Part shown: in pieces, positions 14,098-27,305 of the stretch
How positions within the stretch are numbered: the stretch's first letter is position 1
How the letters are laid out: each line of letters starts with the position of its first letter
Assembly (NCBI GenBank): GCA_004431415.1
Contig: QPMI01000004.1
Coordinates: forward strand, 83,503-147,502
Source of the DNA: Cyanophora paradoxa CCMP329
Taxonomy: Eukaryota > Plantae > Glaucophyta
Length of the DNA: 64,000 nt
Reading direction: 5' to 3'
The notes under the pieces: model-generated
Databases searched by the model: none
The model's input: the letters and a program-made list of their open reading frames with translations, nothing else
What the model was told of the DNA's origin: nothing
Position numbers and translations under genes: made by a program

Positions 14098-15466
14098 ATG
14101 CCGGGCCTCACGCATGAGTGCGCCCACCGCGATAGGAAGTCGTTTCATTCCCGACGCTGATGATTGTGATCCTGAAGGTCGCGACCTCGCTGGGGAGACG
14201 ACGTTGGTGATGGCACGTAGAGCTCGCGCCACTTTGTTCCCTTCTTGGTCGTCTAAAGCTCATCACAGAGCTCGAGGATCGCGGCGCTCCCCTCCCTGCG
14301 CGGGAGGAGTTCGTCGACGATGATGGTGCGCGGGTCATCTACGAGTACCGCTACAACGAGCAGAACCAACTCGTCAAGGCAGTCCCCGCACCGCGCATAG
14401 TCGCGCACGTCTTTCTGATCGCCTCGTGGCAGACCACCACTCGAATCCGTACCGTGAAGGTGACAAAGAAAATTAACAAGCATGTGGAAGAACGTCGGGT
14501 GAACAGCAACCCTTCTCGCAAATTTCGGATTGGCCTTTGTAATGCTCGCCGTTCTGCAGGCTTGGAAGAAGTTTGGGCATGCGAAGGACAGCCCTGCAGG
14601 TCCAGAGACAGGTATAACATCGTTCGGCGATGAAATCTTCCTCGAAACGAAGGAGAAACCGAAGGTTCAACTCTGTTGCTTCTGCGTCTTGCGCAAAGTG
14701 TTGCTTCTGTTTTAATAGCTTCTTTCAGAAGTCAGAAGAGGTTGCTGCGGAGTTGCAGGCTGCAGGAAAGAGCGCAATCGTCATGTGTCGCATCTGTGGA
14801 CGCCAGGGAGATCACTGGACGTTGAAGTGCCCGTTCAAGGATAAGCTGCAGCCGGTGGCAGGAGCAAGCGGCGTCAAGCCAGGCGAGGAGAAGGCAGGCG
14901 ACGTGGCCGGCGGCGCAGGAGCAGCTGCAGCTGCATCGTTGGGCGGAAAATATGTGACCCCAGCTGCACGCGCGAGAGCAGACGGAAAGGCCGTGGGCGG
15001 GGATGCCTTCGGGCAGCGCGGAGGCGGTGCGGCTCCGTGCGAGCCGTTGCCACCAGGCGACGCTGACGCCACCGCAGATGATCAATTCACCGTTAGGGTG
15101 TCCAATTTGTCGGAAGATGCACGGGAGGCGGACCTCCAGGACCTCTTCCGTCAATTTGGACCAATCCTCCGGACGCATGTCGCGCGCGACCGCGTGCGTT
15201 TGCATCGCTTTATTTGGCTTGAATTTTTATTGGATCTGAAGAGCACTTGCAGGCCACGAATGTGTCAAAGGGCTTCGGTTTCATCACTTTTGTACGACGA
15301 GAGGACGCCGCGCGGGCCATTGAGAAGCTCAACGGATACGGCTATGACCACCTCATCCTGAAAGTGGACTGGGCCAGGTCCGCGGCGGGGTGCCTGTCGA
15401 GCGCTTGCCTCCACGCGATTTAATGTTTGAATTGCTGCATCTGTCCGCAGGCCGTCCGGAGCCTAA
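14098..15466 (+). CDS. EIF3G: Eukaryotic translation initiation factor 3 subunit G, multi-exon
   Basis: N-terminal RWGDD, WKKFG..GPE.GITS..EIF, zinc knuckle CRICGRQGDHWTLKCPFKD, C-terminal RRM (VRVSNLSED, KGFGFITF, LNGYGYDHLILKVDWA). Confidence 0.92.
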
Positions 15467-15541
15467 CGTGGCCAAACAAGGCAACTCTGAGCGTGTTTCC
15501 CCACGCAAAAGTAGGAGGAACATGCTCTGCTCGTTAAACAA

Positions 15542-17849
15542 CTAGTGGAACTTGTACGACGGGACCTCAGGGTGGTACAGGGGGCCGGGGGAGCCCTTGC
15601 CGAGATTGTCGAGCAGATTAAGCGCCCCAGAGAGATACCGTCCTTGCTCCGACGGCTCTTTGTATGAGATGCCGAAGGACGGGCCGCGGCGGCGTGCCTC
15701 AGCGGCATGTGGCACGCGGTAAATGGGGCCAGGCGACTCTCGCCCGAGCTGTGCAGCCACATCCATGAGCAATCGGACAAGGGCTGACATGGAATTCGAA
15801 AGGGCGAATGCAGCGAACCTTGGAGGCGTCGGTGTGCATAACGAAAAGCCCATCCGAGTGCTTCGCTGCAGTGGCGCGTCTTGAAAAACACGGGGTGGGT
15901 GGCGGGTCTGGCGTACCTTTGGGGATGCGATGCGCCTTTGATGGCCCGAAGGAACGCCCTTCCCTCGCGAAGGACGATTGCGCGACGTCGTCTGCCGCGG
16001 CGTTTGGCAAGAGGGCACACTCACAGAAGGGGGAGAGACGCACATGACCCAGGCCCCGGGACTCTCGAGCGCTCGCTGGAGCCGCTGCGCTGTGCACGGC
16101 CGAAGCTGGGCCTGCCTCGCGACCGGAGCGGCGCGACCTCGTCTGGGGCAGCGATGGCATCGCAGGGCACAGGCATGCTGGGGAGGCGCGCGCACAGGCA
16201 GCGGGGCCGGGCGACTGGACACCGAGGCGGTCCTGCGCTGCGAGCGCCCCGATGTACACCGCTGCAGCAGGCGGCTGCAGTTAGAAAGCCTCCGCGGGAA
16301 ACGGAGAAGAGCGTGACGCGCACCGTGCTGGTGGTGCCGGTCAGAGGACCCGAACCCATACCGCGGCGCCCCGTCCCCGACCTCGCCGCGCCGGGCAGCG
16401 TACTTCGGCCCCGGCGCGTCGTTCACTGGGCCCCTTCAGGCACCCCAGTGCGCCTCCTTGGGATCGAACTCGCACCGAGCAGCTCGGGACGCGCCGCCGT
16501 TCCAATCTTCCAACCCCTCGCGGGACTCTGTGTAATGCTGGCGCCCGGCCCATAAGCAGCCGGCCCTGGACTCTCCGCATCCACTATCATGAAGCGTCAG
16601 AGAGATGTGAGAAGAGCAGACGGCTGCACGGAACACGTACCCCCAGATACAACGTGGTTTGCGCCAGTGCCGAATTTGGTCCCCCTCCCGTGCCGCCCCG
16701 GTACCGCCTCCCGCACGACGTACTGTCCGATACTCACTCCTCGGCCGCTAAATCAAACACATTAGCCAGCAAACCTGCCCGGGTCCGGGGCCGGCGCCTG
16801 GAGCCGCCACAGCTGATCGCGGCCGCGCCGGCTTGGAGCCTCCTGCGAACGAGGACCGCGCGCCTTCGCGACCGACAACGGGTGCGTCTGCAGGCGGGGC
16901 GATGAGGATTCGCCTGGCGAGGGGGCGCGCGAGACGCACATGCTCCCGGGCCTGGACTGTCCAGGCCCGCCATCTGGTTAAGCTCTGCAGCGGGAGCGGC
17001 GCGCGGTTAGCTGCGGCAGGCGTTCGATCTCCACCACGTAACGGGCGTGGTTCTTTGCGCCGAACGTCCCGCCGCGACCCTTGCGCCCGAATGAGCCGGG
17101 AACATCGTCTGGACGCGCGCAGGTCAGAAAAGAGCAGGTTTTTTCGAATCGCATTCTCGACTCACAGCTTCCGGGTCCAGGGAGGCTGCCCTGGCCGGGA
17201 GCCGTGTGCGCTGCCGGAGAATTAGACACGGCGACGGCGCATGCCGCAGCTCGCGCACGACGCGGACTGGGCGCGGGCCGGATGCCAAAGGAGTACGCCG
17301 GAGTTGACTTGCCGACAGCCTCCGGAGGGACGTCTGTCCCGTAATGAGCGCAAACAGCTGGAGGCCTACGAGACGGCACGGACACGCGGCTGGGCCTGGT
17401 CCTTCCTGTCCGTAGTTCTCCGCCGCATTGTGCAGAGGCCCGATCCATTCAGCATGCTGATTTAGCTCGGTCCCGCGCGCCGCCGTGGTCATGCTTGCGC
17501 CTTTCGCGGACGGCGGAGGCAGGTCTGCGCGCGGATCAGTGCTGCGCCACAAGAGCCACGTGCGCGGACCGTAAATAGAGCCTGGAGACCGCGCCTCCTC
17601 CAGCCACGCGGCCGGCTTCACCCCGAAGCTGTACGCGGGCCCTTTCCGCCTTGGCTGCGGGTCGGGCTTGTCTGGTGGCGCGAGGTCAGACCTGTACCGT
17701 GTCCCAGCGCACGAGAAGAACGCACAGCTGGGACCGGGTGAGCCGTTCGGGCTGCTGCTTTCCGCCATGAAGCCATCATTGAAGTTCCTCCCCGTTAGCG
17801 ACCAGTGCGGCGTGTAGCGGATGTCGTGGGGAGGGATTGGTTCTGGCAT
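15542..17849 (-). CDS. ODF3/SHIPPO-1 (PGP-repeat) axonemal protein, multi-exon
   Basis: Many SPGP(G)xY repeats each followed by P.YSFG/FG (e.g. SPGPIY..GPSFG, APGPKY..APRYGFG, TPAYSFG, SPGPLY). Confidence 0.7.
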
Positions 17850-17992
17850 GCTAATTCCACGTCGCAATCCGAAGCTGATCGCAGTCTATTCACGCAGGCC
17901 GCGTTTAATTTGGAGTTTTTTCGGGGCTCTTGGGGGGGTGGGGTGGGGAGGGTTGACCCGAAAGAACCCAATACTCTAAATTTGGGACCAGC

Positions 17993-19102
17993 ATGAACGC
18001 AGAGGACCTCGGGCGGAACTGCAGCGGCTTAGCCGTAGCGGGCCACTTGCTAGCTTCCGGTGAGCGAGCGGCGATGCTGCAGTCGCTGATGGCCCTGCGG
18101 AAGAACCGTCGGGTTCACAACTTCGACAGGCGAGCCGCCGTGGCGGCGCATGCGCTCCTTAGAGTTTTGGTAGCGCTTTGCGCGCGCTTCTCTCGCTTAC
18201 CGATTCCGCAGGGTCGTGTTCTGGGGCAAGATCATAACAGCGGGACGCTCGGACTACCTGATCGCACAGGGCTTCGAGCGTGCCGTCCCCCTCTACAAGC
18301 GCGCCTACTGCAAAAGTTTCTACAGGTGCTGCTCCGGCCGTCGTCCTATGCACGCTCGCCGAGGCACTCGTGCGTGCAGCCAGGATGGCGGGGTGACATT
18401 CAAGCTGCTCCCCGATGTGGATGCTTATCTGGCAAAGAAGATTCTCGCGGTGAACACCATGTTTACCGGCGATCCTTCCTACGTGCACGTTCTTCTTGGA
18501 GGAGCGCGAGTCAATGAGGAACAGCGATTGGCGGCTGCGATTATGATGATCGACGACGCATGTGCGACTGCCCCACGGTATGCGCTTGCGATGAACCACG
18601 ATCATGCAATTGTGAAGAGCTCAAGGTATTCTGGTGAGTTTTACTCTGGGGGCGGCATTGGAAGTGATGTGAGTTCCGCTGACTCATCATAATTAGGCAT
18701 GTCGGCTGAGGACGCCCAGAACCTGAGCAGCTTTGTACATTTCCGGCATGTCCCCGGTTTGGAGAAGGTTTCTGCTCTCGATCGCGATTTCCTTCATCCG
18801 TTAGACAAGGACGAGCCTCAAGGTGTGTTTGATTGGACACTTCAAGCCTTGATTATCTGTCTCCTTTCATCAAGCTTTCAAGTAGGGACATGGGTTCTGG
18901 GCTACGATTCGCTTGGACGGACAGTATCCTTGCGAAATTTCATGTGGCCGGGATTCCAGTTCTCCCTCAGTCTCGTCACAGGCCTCTACACCAATGTTTA
19001 TATGGGCGACGGAGTAAGGAACTCTGGTAAACTGTTGTGCTGTCGATCTTCTGCGACACTTCTAATCCTGAAACAGATTTTCCATTCATGATATACACAT
19101 GA
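17993..19102 (+). CDS. RSPH9: Radial spoke head protein 9, multi-exon
   Basis: FD/RVVFWGKI..DYLIAQG, VNEEQRLAAAIMMIDDACATAPR, LSSFVHFR, DFLHPLDKDEPQ, GTWVL..VSLRNFMWPG..YMGDG.RN, DFPFM. Confidence 0.85.
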
Positions 19103-19124
19103 GATGAGAGATGTACAGTGGACG

Positions 19125-20106
19125 TCAGTCTTGTGCTACGGCGAACTCGCCCAAGACACCTTTAGAAGAGGGTATGGCCCCAACGCGGCGGGGGTCAAGC
19201 TCCGCAGCTTGGCGAAGAGCGCGCGCAAACGCTTTAAAGCTTGCCTCCACAATGTGGTGTGAGTTAATCCCAGCTAGCTGTCGAATGTGCAGTGTCATCT
19301 GGGCATTTGATGCGAGAGCCTGCACTCCGTTTCCGTCAGTGTGCACTACAGTTGTAAAAGCCTCTTTTGTTTTTCACGCACCACGTAAAACTCGCGCACA
19401 AGCTGGGTGTCGTATTTCCCGATGTGCTCTGTAGGAATCTGCAAGCCGTACTCAAGGTGGGGCCTGCCCGAAAAATCCAGCGCGACTTGAACAAGCGCCT
19501 CGTCCAACGGTGCTACGAAGTGGCCAAAACGATTCACGCCTGTCTTGTCCCCCAGCGCCTTCGCGAGTGCGAGCCCCAGTGTAATCCCCACATCCTCATT
19601 CGTGTGATGGTCATCGATGTGCAGGTCACCATCCGCCCAGACGTCAAGATCCACCAGACCATGGGAGGATATTTGCTGCGACGAATGAGGATAACATCGA
19701 CTGCCGGCAGCAGGCTTATCGCACATGCAGCATGTGATCAAGGAACGGGATGCCGGTTTGCGAAGAGCACTTCCCGGTTCCGTCGATGTTCAAAGTTACC
19801 TTGACAGTCGTCTCTCCCGTCGTGCGGTTGACAGTCGCGATCCGCGGCTCCCGCGGCTCCCGAGCAGGGACAGATCCATTTGCGGATTGGGCTGAGGCCT
19901 CATCAGGGAGGCGAGCGTTTCAATCTTTGCATTGTTGGCGAACCCGCGGCTTGTACGGAGAACTGCACGCGGCGAGGCTTCGCAGTGATTGTTGGGAGAA
20001 GCTGCGCGCGCCTCTTCTGACAACGTTGACCGATGCCGCCAAAGTTGCCGCTAGAAACTGAGCAGGGGCGGGCGCTCGCGGCGCAAGTGACGACGAAGCT
20101 CGCCAT
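19125..20106 (-). CDS. HIS3: Imidazoleglycerol-phosphate dehydratase with N-terminal plastid-like transit peptide, multi-exon
   Basis: [76 protein letters not shown]-terminus [11 protein letters not shown]. Confidence 0.93.
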
Positions 20107-22229
20107 GAATCGAATTACAGTACTGGTCTCTACCCCCCCCGGCCCCCCCCCCGCCCCCCCCCCCCAAGTGAGCCCGGCGGCATTTGTTTTTTCAGGATAG
20201 CCCAATTCTTGGGCGCTGGTGTTATTTTCAGTCCACTGACTTCAACGTAGCCCGGCGGCATATGCATATGCATACTATGATATGCATCGATATCCGCGCG
20301 CCGTCGGCTTTTCATTAAAACGTATATATGTGCGCGTTCTAGAAAGGTTTCGATCGTACGCGTCCCCCCTTGGCCAATATAATCACAGCACGCCGGCCCG
20401 AGTCAGCTCCTGCCGGTACCGGTGGCTGCATATATTTAACAAATATATGCAGTTAACCGTATATAACCAAATATATAATTCTTTTAATCAAGACTTGCGT
20501 GACCTCACGGTCTTTGTCATTGGCCAGGCGCACGTGTGCCTCACGTGTGTCGCCTATCAGCACTACCCCCCACCTACGTTCGCCCAAACTTTCCGCCCGG
20601 CTAACTCGCTCCGCTCGCTCCAGCGCTCGGCCTGCGCGCGCTCCGCGTGCTCGGGAAGCATGTTCGACGCTCTCGCTCGCTTGCCGCCGCCCGCCGCAGA
20701 CAAACGCTCCTCGAAGGCGATCCTGCGGCGCGCGTCTTCCGTCAACGCTCTTCCCGTGCTTTAGATGCGTGTACAAAGCTCTAGACGGGCCGGGGCGCCA
20801 GGCCTGCCGCTGGATCGGTCCCGGTCGTTCGAATCGCGGTTTCCGCCCATCCGGCGCGGTTTCGCCGCCCCGACGCCGCTCGTCTTGTTGGGTGCGTTTC
20901 CCCGCCCTTGTGCATGCATTAGAACGCTGTTGCATGCCCAGGAAGAGTGCCGCCCACCTCCCGCCCGCGCGGTGACAAACAGCGAGGTGCCTTGGACACG
21001 GGCCACACGGGCGAGCGCCACATCGATGGGGGAGGGGCGTGGGTGGTTCTACAGGCTAGGAAACATGTCTGCGCACGCATCGGAATGCCGCTGCGTATGA
21101 TCCCCGCCCAGGGCCGCCGCCAAGATGAAGGACCGCGCCTGGGTGGTGGTGGTGGTCCATCAGGCGGCGGCGAAATGGTCGCAGAAGAGAACGGAAAGGA
21201 AGTATAGCACCTATACATCATGAAAACACGATGCGCGGCCGGCGGGCGAGCCCCCCGTCGTCAGGCGGCCGAGGACCAGGAAGTGCTGCAGACGCGGTTA
21301 GCTAGACCATCGGGCGAAGGTGTCAGGATCGCTTGCGCACTCAACAGGAGTTTGAAGACATCCATGCGCATGTGCGCGTGTTGATCTGAGCCGAAAAAGC
21401 TGGACGGGCAGGGCGGTCTGCGCTTCAAAAGTGGGTGGTGTGAGAATCCTGGCGGACCCGGGCTGGGCGTCCGGACGCACGCTAGAACGATGAAAGACAG
21501 TGCAGAAACGCGTAAGCGTGCACCCGGAGCGCACCGCGATGCGAGACGAACATGCTGCGGCCTCTCAAGTCAGCATCGCTTTTGAACCGCTCAGCTTTTT
21601 CGGGGCTTGTCTATGAACGAAAGATGCGCAGACGCACTAGCTAACGATACGAACCTGTGCGAGGGAGCCGCCACACCTTTGTTTCACTAACTGCCGGGAC
21701 TAACTGCCGACGTCTGCCGTTGAGGGTTCGCTGCTCCGGAGCATCCTACCGCGCATGCTGAGAGCCTTGTCCATGCGCCTGGCTTCCCTGGCTGCTGAGG
21801 CTGATCGCTGCCAAGCACGAGGTCGCGGGTACGATATGCTTTGGCGAGGTTGTCGTACCCAGAAAGTTGAGTTGGAATTTGCATACTACTGCGAGTCGAG
21901 TCAAAAAGTCCGAGTCAAAAACTCGGGCGATTTGCTTGATTGGTCAAAAAAGACTCGGAATTACTCAATCCACCGGCGCGGCCCCTGTTGGACCGGCGTG
22001 CTGTGAATATAGGGGTGTTAAAAACGTTAATATGTTAATTGGTCTTGCACAATCGGCCAATTTTTTGCAATAGAATTTCGAGGCCCCAATTGCAAAGAAT
22101 CCATCCCCCCCCTACCTCGGGTGAAAAGTAGAACCTCGGGTCGTTACCGGGGGGTACCCTCGCTCCGCTCGGGTTGACCCGTGGACTAGGCTGATCGATT
22201 ATTTGAAATATGCGAGGGTTTGCGCTGGC

Positions 22230-22418
22230 AAAACGCATTAATTTGGGACCGCATTAATATCGAAACGCTAAGAAACTGCTGTATGTACCCCCTTACAGCA
22301 GCCAAAAGTCTTCAAAACGCATATATTCGGTACCGCATTAATATCCATAGTATACGTAGGGCTCCGGGTCCAAAAACGCATTAATTTCTGGCGCATTAAT
22401 TAAGTGTTACACAGTAGC
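22230..22418. mobile_element. AT-rich DNA-transposon/MITE relic (one terminus)
   Basis: Five copies of CGCATTAAT (22234, 22250, 22334, 22377, 22392) ending in ...ACACAGTA, like subterminal binding repeats of Tc1/mariner-pogo ends. No matching opposite TIR was found. Confidence 0.35.
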
Positions 22419-22520
22419 ATGGGGGCGCCGGGCTCAGAACTTCGGAAAGCTTGGAGTTGGGGCGCGCGGGAGCCTTTTCTGGGCATATAAAGCTCACAAG
22501 TCTACCTGCTTTAAGGCTTG

Positions 22521-25500
22521 CTACTTGAAGCCAAGAAGGCGCGCCTGGCCAGGCTCAGCAGCAAACGCGTAACCGGAATCTGGTAATTAAATGAGGGATT
22601 CGAAAAGGGGAATGGCAGGGACAGGCGCACGGGGTGCGGCATCTGTATCCTGCTTGACGCCCAGCCTGCCGGCGCCTTCGAGCTTCGAGCTCTAGCGGAG
22701 AGACACTCTGGTCAACGCACTGGCCAAAGAGTGCATGAAGCTTGCTGCTCACCTGGAGGAGGGTAGAGGTGACAGGCGTGGGCTGCACCGGGGAGGTGAA
22801 GTGGGCCATGACAAGCTTGGCCGCAGCACGCAGCTTTCCGCGGGCCCCACGCAGGGCAGAGCGGCGCCGGGCCTCCTTTGCAGCAAGGGCTGCCTTCTTG
22901 TGCTTCTCCGAGGGGAGATAGTTTGTGCGGAAGCTGCGGATTACCGGTGGGTCATCAGCATGTAGGTCAGAGTGTCAGGGAGGAGCGAGCACACTATTTC
23001 CATGCGTAGTCGAGCCCGAGGGTGGCGAGAGGCGTTGCCACAAGGGCAAGCCAGAACTGCGGCATCATTGCCATCTGCACCGCGGGCTTGGGTATGAAAG
23101 GGGGTAGGCTGGGAGCGGGGAGGGGCGGACCTTGAAAGCGATGCCGTTGAGCTCTGGGGCGAGGGGGGCGGCAGCAGGGAGGGCGAGGAGGGCTAGGAAG
23201 GCGACGTAAGCGGCGAGGGAGGCGACGACAGTGGCCGCCAGGGTCCACGTCCACGCGTTGACCATCAGGCAGAGCTTGAGGGTGACGACAAGGAGCTCGC
23301 ACGTGAAGACCACCGTGCCCACCGTCCACATGCCCACCGTCGTCCCATCGGGCGTTGCGGAGCGGAGTGCAAGGAAGGGGACGAAGAAGATGGGGAGGGA
23401 GTGGAGAGCGGCGGTGGTGAACCAACCCCAGAAGACGTTGAGGTTGAAGCCCGTGTCAGCCTGGCCGGGGCGGTAGAGCTCGGGGTACTCGAAGGCGTAC
23501 TCGAGGGGCATGTCCTGGTCCATGACGGCCATCACGATGGGCGGGAAGGCCGTGAAGAGCGTGTTGTAGAGGGTGACCAGCACGGCGTCGTACAGCGTCT
23601 GGCCCGACGAGCCGCAGTAGAGGCAGAACCAGAGGAAGGAGAGCGAGAGCACGGCGTTCTTGTAGAAGCAGTAGAGGATGAGCTTGGTGACGCGCTTGTA
23701 GGACCAGCGGCCATGCACGAGCAGGAGCCGCTTCAGGAAGCGGAACTGGGCGATGGCGAAGTCCGAGGCAAGGACGGCCTGCATGCCCTCCTTGCCCGAG
23801 ATGCCGACGCCGATGTGGGCCGACTGGATCATGGGGACGTCGTTCGCTCCGTCACCGATGGCGAGGGTAACGCGCCCCTCGATCTCCTTGACCATAAGGA
23901 CGACCTGGGCCTTCTGGAGCGGGGAGACGCGGCAGCAGATGCAGGTGCGGAGCTTGCGGCCGAGCTCCATGAAGCGGGCGCGCGTCTCGTCCCGCAGCAT
24001 GTGCGCCAGCACCACTCCGTCGATGACGAGGGCGAGCGGGGCGGCCTGCCCCGCGGGGGAGGGGAGGGAGCGGCGCGAGGCGTCCTCCTCTTCCTCGTCG
24101 CCCTCGAGCTCCTCCTCGCGCGCGGCACCGGCCTCCGGGTCGTCCGAGCGCGCCGCCTCGCGCGGCAGCAGCGGCCCCGCCGCTCCGCGCTGCGACGCCC
24201 GCGCAAAGGCGAAGCGCAGCAGCCGCTCCACCCGCCGCGTCGTCCGCAGGTACCTGGTCCGGGTCGGGGCGGGCGGGGGTGCGGGGCGGCGGCGGGGCCG
24301 GGCACCAGGCGTCGGAGGCGAAGGAGTCGGCGCGGTGGTGGCGCGTGTCGGCGATGTGGCGCTCGAGGGCGTCGAGGGCGGCCTCGCGGGAGGCGAGGGC
24401 GTCCCCCGCCATCACGAGCACCTGCATTTCGGGCTGCAGCAGGCCGCACGAGAAGCCGATGTTGATCGCCGTCTCCTGCTTGTCCCCCGTGAGCACCCAG
24501 AGGCGGATGCCGGCCTTGGCGAGCGAGACGAGGGCGTCGGGGACGCCGTCCTGCAGCCGGTCCTCGATCGCCGAGGCGCCCACCAGCTCCAGGCCCCGCT
24601 CCAGCCGCTCTGCCGCGGCGTCCACCTGCGAGCGGCGTCGGCGCCCTGACGGGGGAGCACCCCGCGCGGCGCGCCTTCTCCTTGCGGCCGGCGATCGCGA
24701 CGCTCGCCTCGTCGTAGACCTGCGGGGCCGTCACGCCGGCGCGGCGGCAGGTTCCCGCCCGGCCCGCGCGCCTTGGCCCAGTCGGCGTACTCCTCCTCGG
24801 AGAGGGCGCGGCGGGCGAAGCAGAGGGTGCGGAGGCCGACGGCGGCGCAGCGCCCAAGGTGCTCGCGGGTCGCCTCCACGAGGGCCTCCTGCCCGGGGGC
24901 GAGCCGCGGGATGATCATCGTGTCCGCCCCCTTCGTGTACAGCTTCAGTGCCCCTGCGCCCGGAGGTCGGGGGCGGCCGAGGGGTCGAGGGGGGCGCCGG
25001 TGACCGTCGGGCCCGCGGACGACGGCGGACATGCGCTTGCGGGTGGAGTCGAACTCGAGGACGTTGAGGACGGCGAAGGTGGAGGTGCCGCCGCCCTCGC
25101 GCACGTCCACCTCGCCGGGGCGCCGCGCGACGAAGGCGAAGCCGAGGTCCCGCCCGCCCTTGACGAGCGCCTCCTCGTCGGGGCTCGCCGCCTGGTAGAC
25201 GAGCCCCGCGGGGCGCGCCGGGTCCCCCTCGGGCACCACCGTGTGGCACACGGCGAGCATCGTGAGGAACTCGCGCACGAGGGCCGCCTCCGCGCCCCCG
25301 CCCCGCAGCTCCTCGAGCAGCGGGCCGGCCTCGAAGCCGGCCTCGGCGCCGGGAGCTGCCTGCAGGATGGCGGCCTCGTCGCCGCCATAGAAGACGCCGC
25401 CGACGGAGCAGCGCATGAGGCGCATGACGTTGCGGGTGAGGGTCCCCGTCTTGTCCGAGAAGATGTAGTGCACCTGGCCCAGCTCCTCGTTCAGGTTCGA

Positions 25501-27225
25501 CGTCCGCGCCGTCGCCGGCGTGTCGCTCTCCTCGTCATCTGCCCCGCCGTGAGGAGCGCCTTCGCACGCCACGCTCCGCCCCGGCCCCGGGCGCACACAT
25601 GGCGAGGTCCCAGTCGACGAAGGAGCACTGGAGGACCTTGACCATCTCGAGGGAGACGTAGAGGGAGATGGGGACGATGTTCGCGTAGAGGACGACGAAG
25701 GTCAGCCAGCGCAGCAGCACCGAGGCCGCGCTCGGGCCGCCCCACGCCAGGTACCACGCCCGCGCCCCCTCCCGCGCCGCGAAGAGCGCGTCCCCCGCCG
25801 CGCACGCCGCCGCCAGCGCGAGCAGGATCACGAAGACGGCGACGATCTGCCGCGTCATGATCCGCTCCACGTTGGTCCCCTTGACCGGCCGCTCGCGCGC
25901 GTTGCGCATCAGCTTCGTGTCTGTGCCCGTGTACACCGCGAGGCCGTACACCCACTCCGTGTTCCGCAGCTGGCACCCCCGCAGCAGCACGTTCTCCGGC
26001 CCCACCGCCGCCTCCCCCGCGCTCAGCGCCAGCTTGCCCCTGCGCCCCGCGCGTCGGGCGCCAAGACGGGCCCGCGGGTGCGCCGGGTGCGCGGGGGAAC
26101 GCGCGAGAAAGTGTAGAGGCGCTCGTTGGGCCCCTCGCACTCGACGGCGCCGGAGAGGGCCGCGAGGGCCGCCGGCGTGCTGCACTCCCGCGTCGCCCGC
26201 AGCGCCTCCCGCACCTTCAGGTTGGTCTCCCTGCGGGGAAGGAAGCTCGCCAGGGGTCCACGCCCTAGCAGCCGGAGGGGCGGCACCCGTCGAGGTTGGC
26301 GGTCTCGATGTAGCACGTCCCGCTGGGTCCGCTCGACGTGAGCAGCACGAGGTCCGCCTGTGCGGCCATTAAGAACCTCCGGATCCGCCTGCGGGGGCCG
26401 GGGCGCGGCCGCACCGGGAAGAACTCGCCGCGGTCGCAGCGGACGATGTCGCCCACCTGCACCTCCTCCCAGCGCGCCTCCCGCAGCACCCCGCCCCGCA
26501 GCACCTGCGTCCTCTTCGAGTTGAGGCCACAGTCGCTCCGGTAGCGCCTCTGCTCGCGGGTCAGGGCGGGACGGAGGCCCACGAGCAGGCGGGCGCACGA
26601 AGTCTTCGAACGCCTCCTTGACGCTGCGCTCGCGTCGGATACAGAACGATGACAGGGCATGGCACGGCTACGCACATAGATACGCTCACGACGAAGAAAA
26701 GGGCGCCGAGCGTCCCCGCGGACCCCGCGCCCGCCGGAAACGGCGAGACCGCCGGAATGATCGAAAGCACGCCAATGCTGCAAACGGCGTTAAAAACTCT
26801 AGATAGCTTCCGATTCTGAGACGCACACGAGGAAGTACTGCCGACAGACAGGAACACGCTGCGGTTAGCTGAAGACCTCGTGGCATTTGCGCGGCAGTTG
26901 CAGACGCACGAAGTTGGCAGGGCGCGTGAATTGCTGGACGAGAATCACGGGGAGGAAGAGGAAGAGACCGTACTTCTGCGGCCACAGCACAAGACTCAGA
27001 ACTCAAGTTAGCTAGTACCGGCGTCGCGGACCGTCGTCGAGACTGCGGCGGAACGAAGCGATGCGTAAGAGAAGCGCATCGTCTTCGATAGCGCCGCGCA
27101 CCGTAATTGCTGGCGAAGCCAGAGTGAGCGTCGTTGAGCCGCACCGTGCGTGGCGGCTCATCCGCGATCTGTTCCACGCCGCTGGAGAGGCCCAGGGCGT
27201 TCCCGACGCCCCGCAGCACCTCCAT
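22521..27225 (-). CDS. P4-type ATPase phospholipid flippase (DRS2/ATP8A/ALA3-like), multi-exon
   Basis: [92 protein letters not shown]-terminal SGYAFA resembles the GYAFS autoinhibitory motif. Confidence 0.93.
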
Positions 27226-27305
27226 CTACCGCGTGATGATTTTTTTTCGGCGAGTCCTGTATCCCCACGCAGCTCGTCCCCCTAGTCAGGGTGATCGCCA
27301 GCGAG

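Noticed and set aside
20660-21225. Possible small + strand gene between HIS3 and the P4-ATPase
   Set aside because: No recognisable domain and no unambiguous splice model, so it could not be supported.
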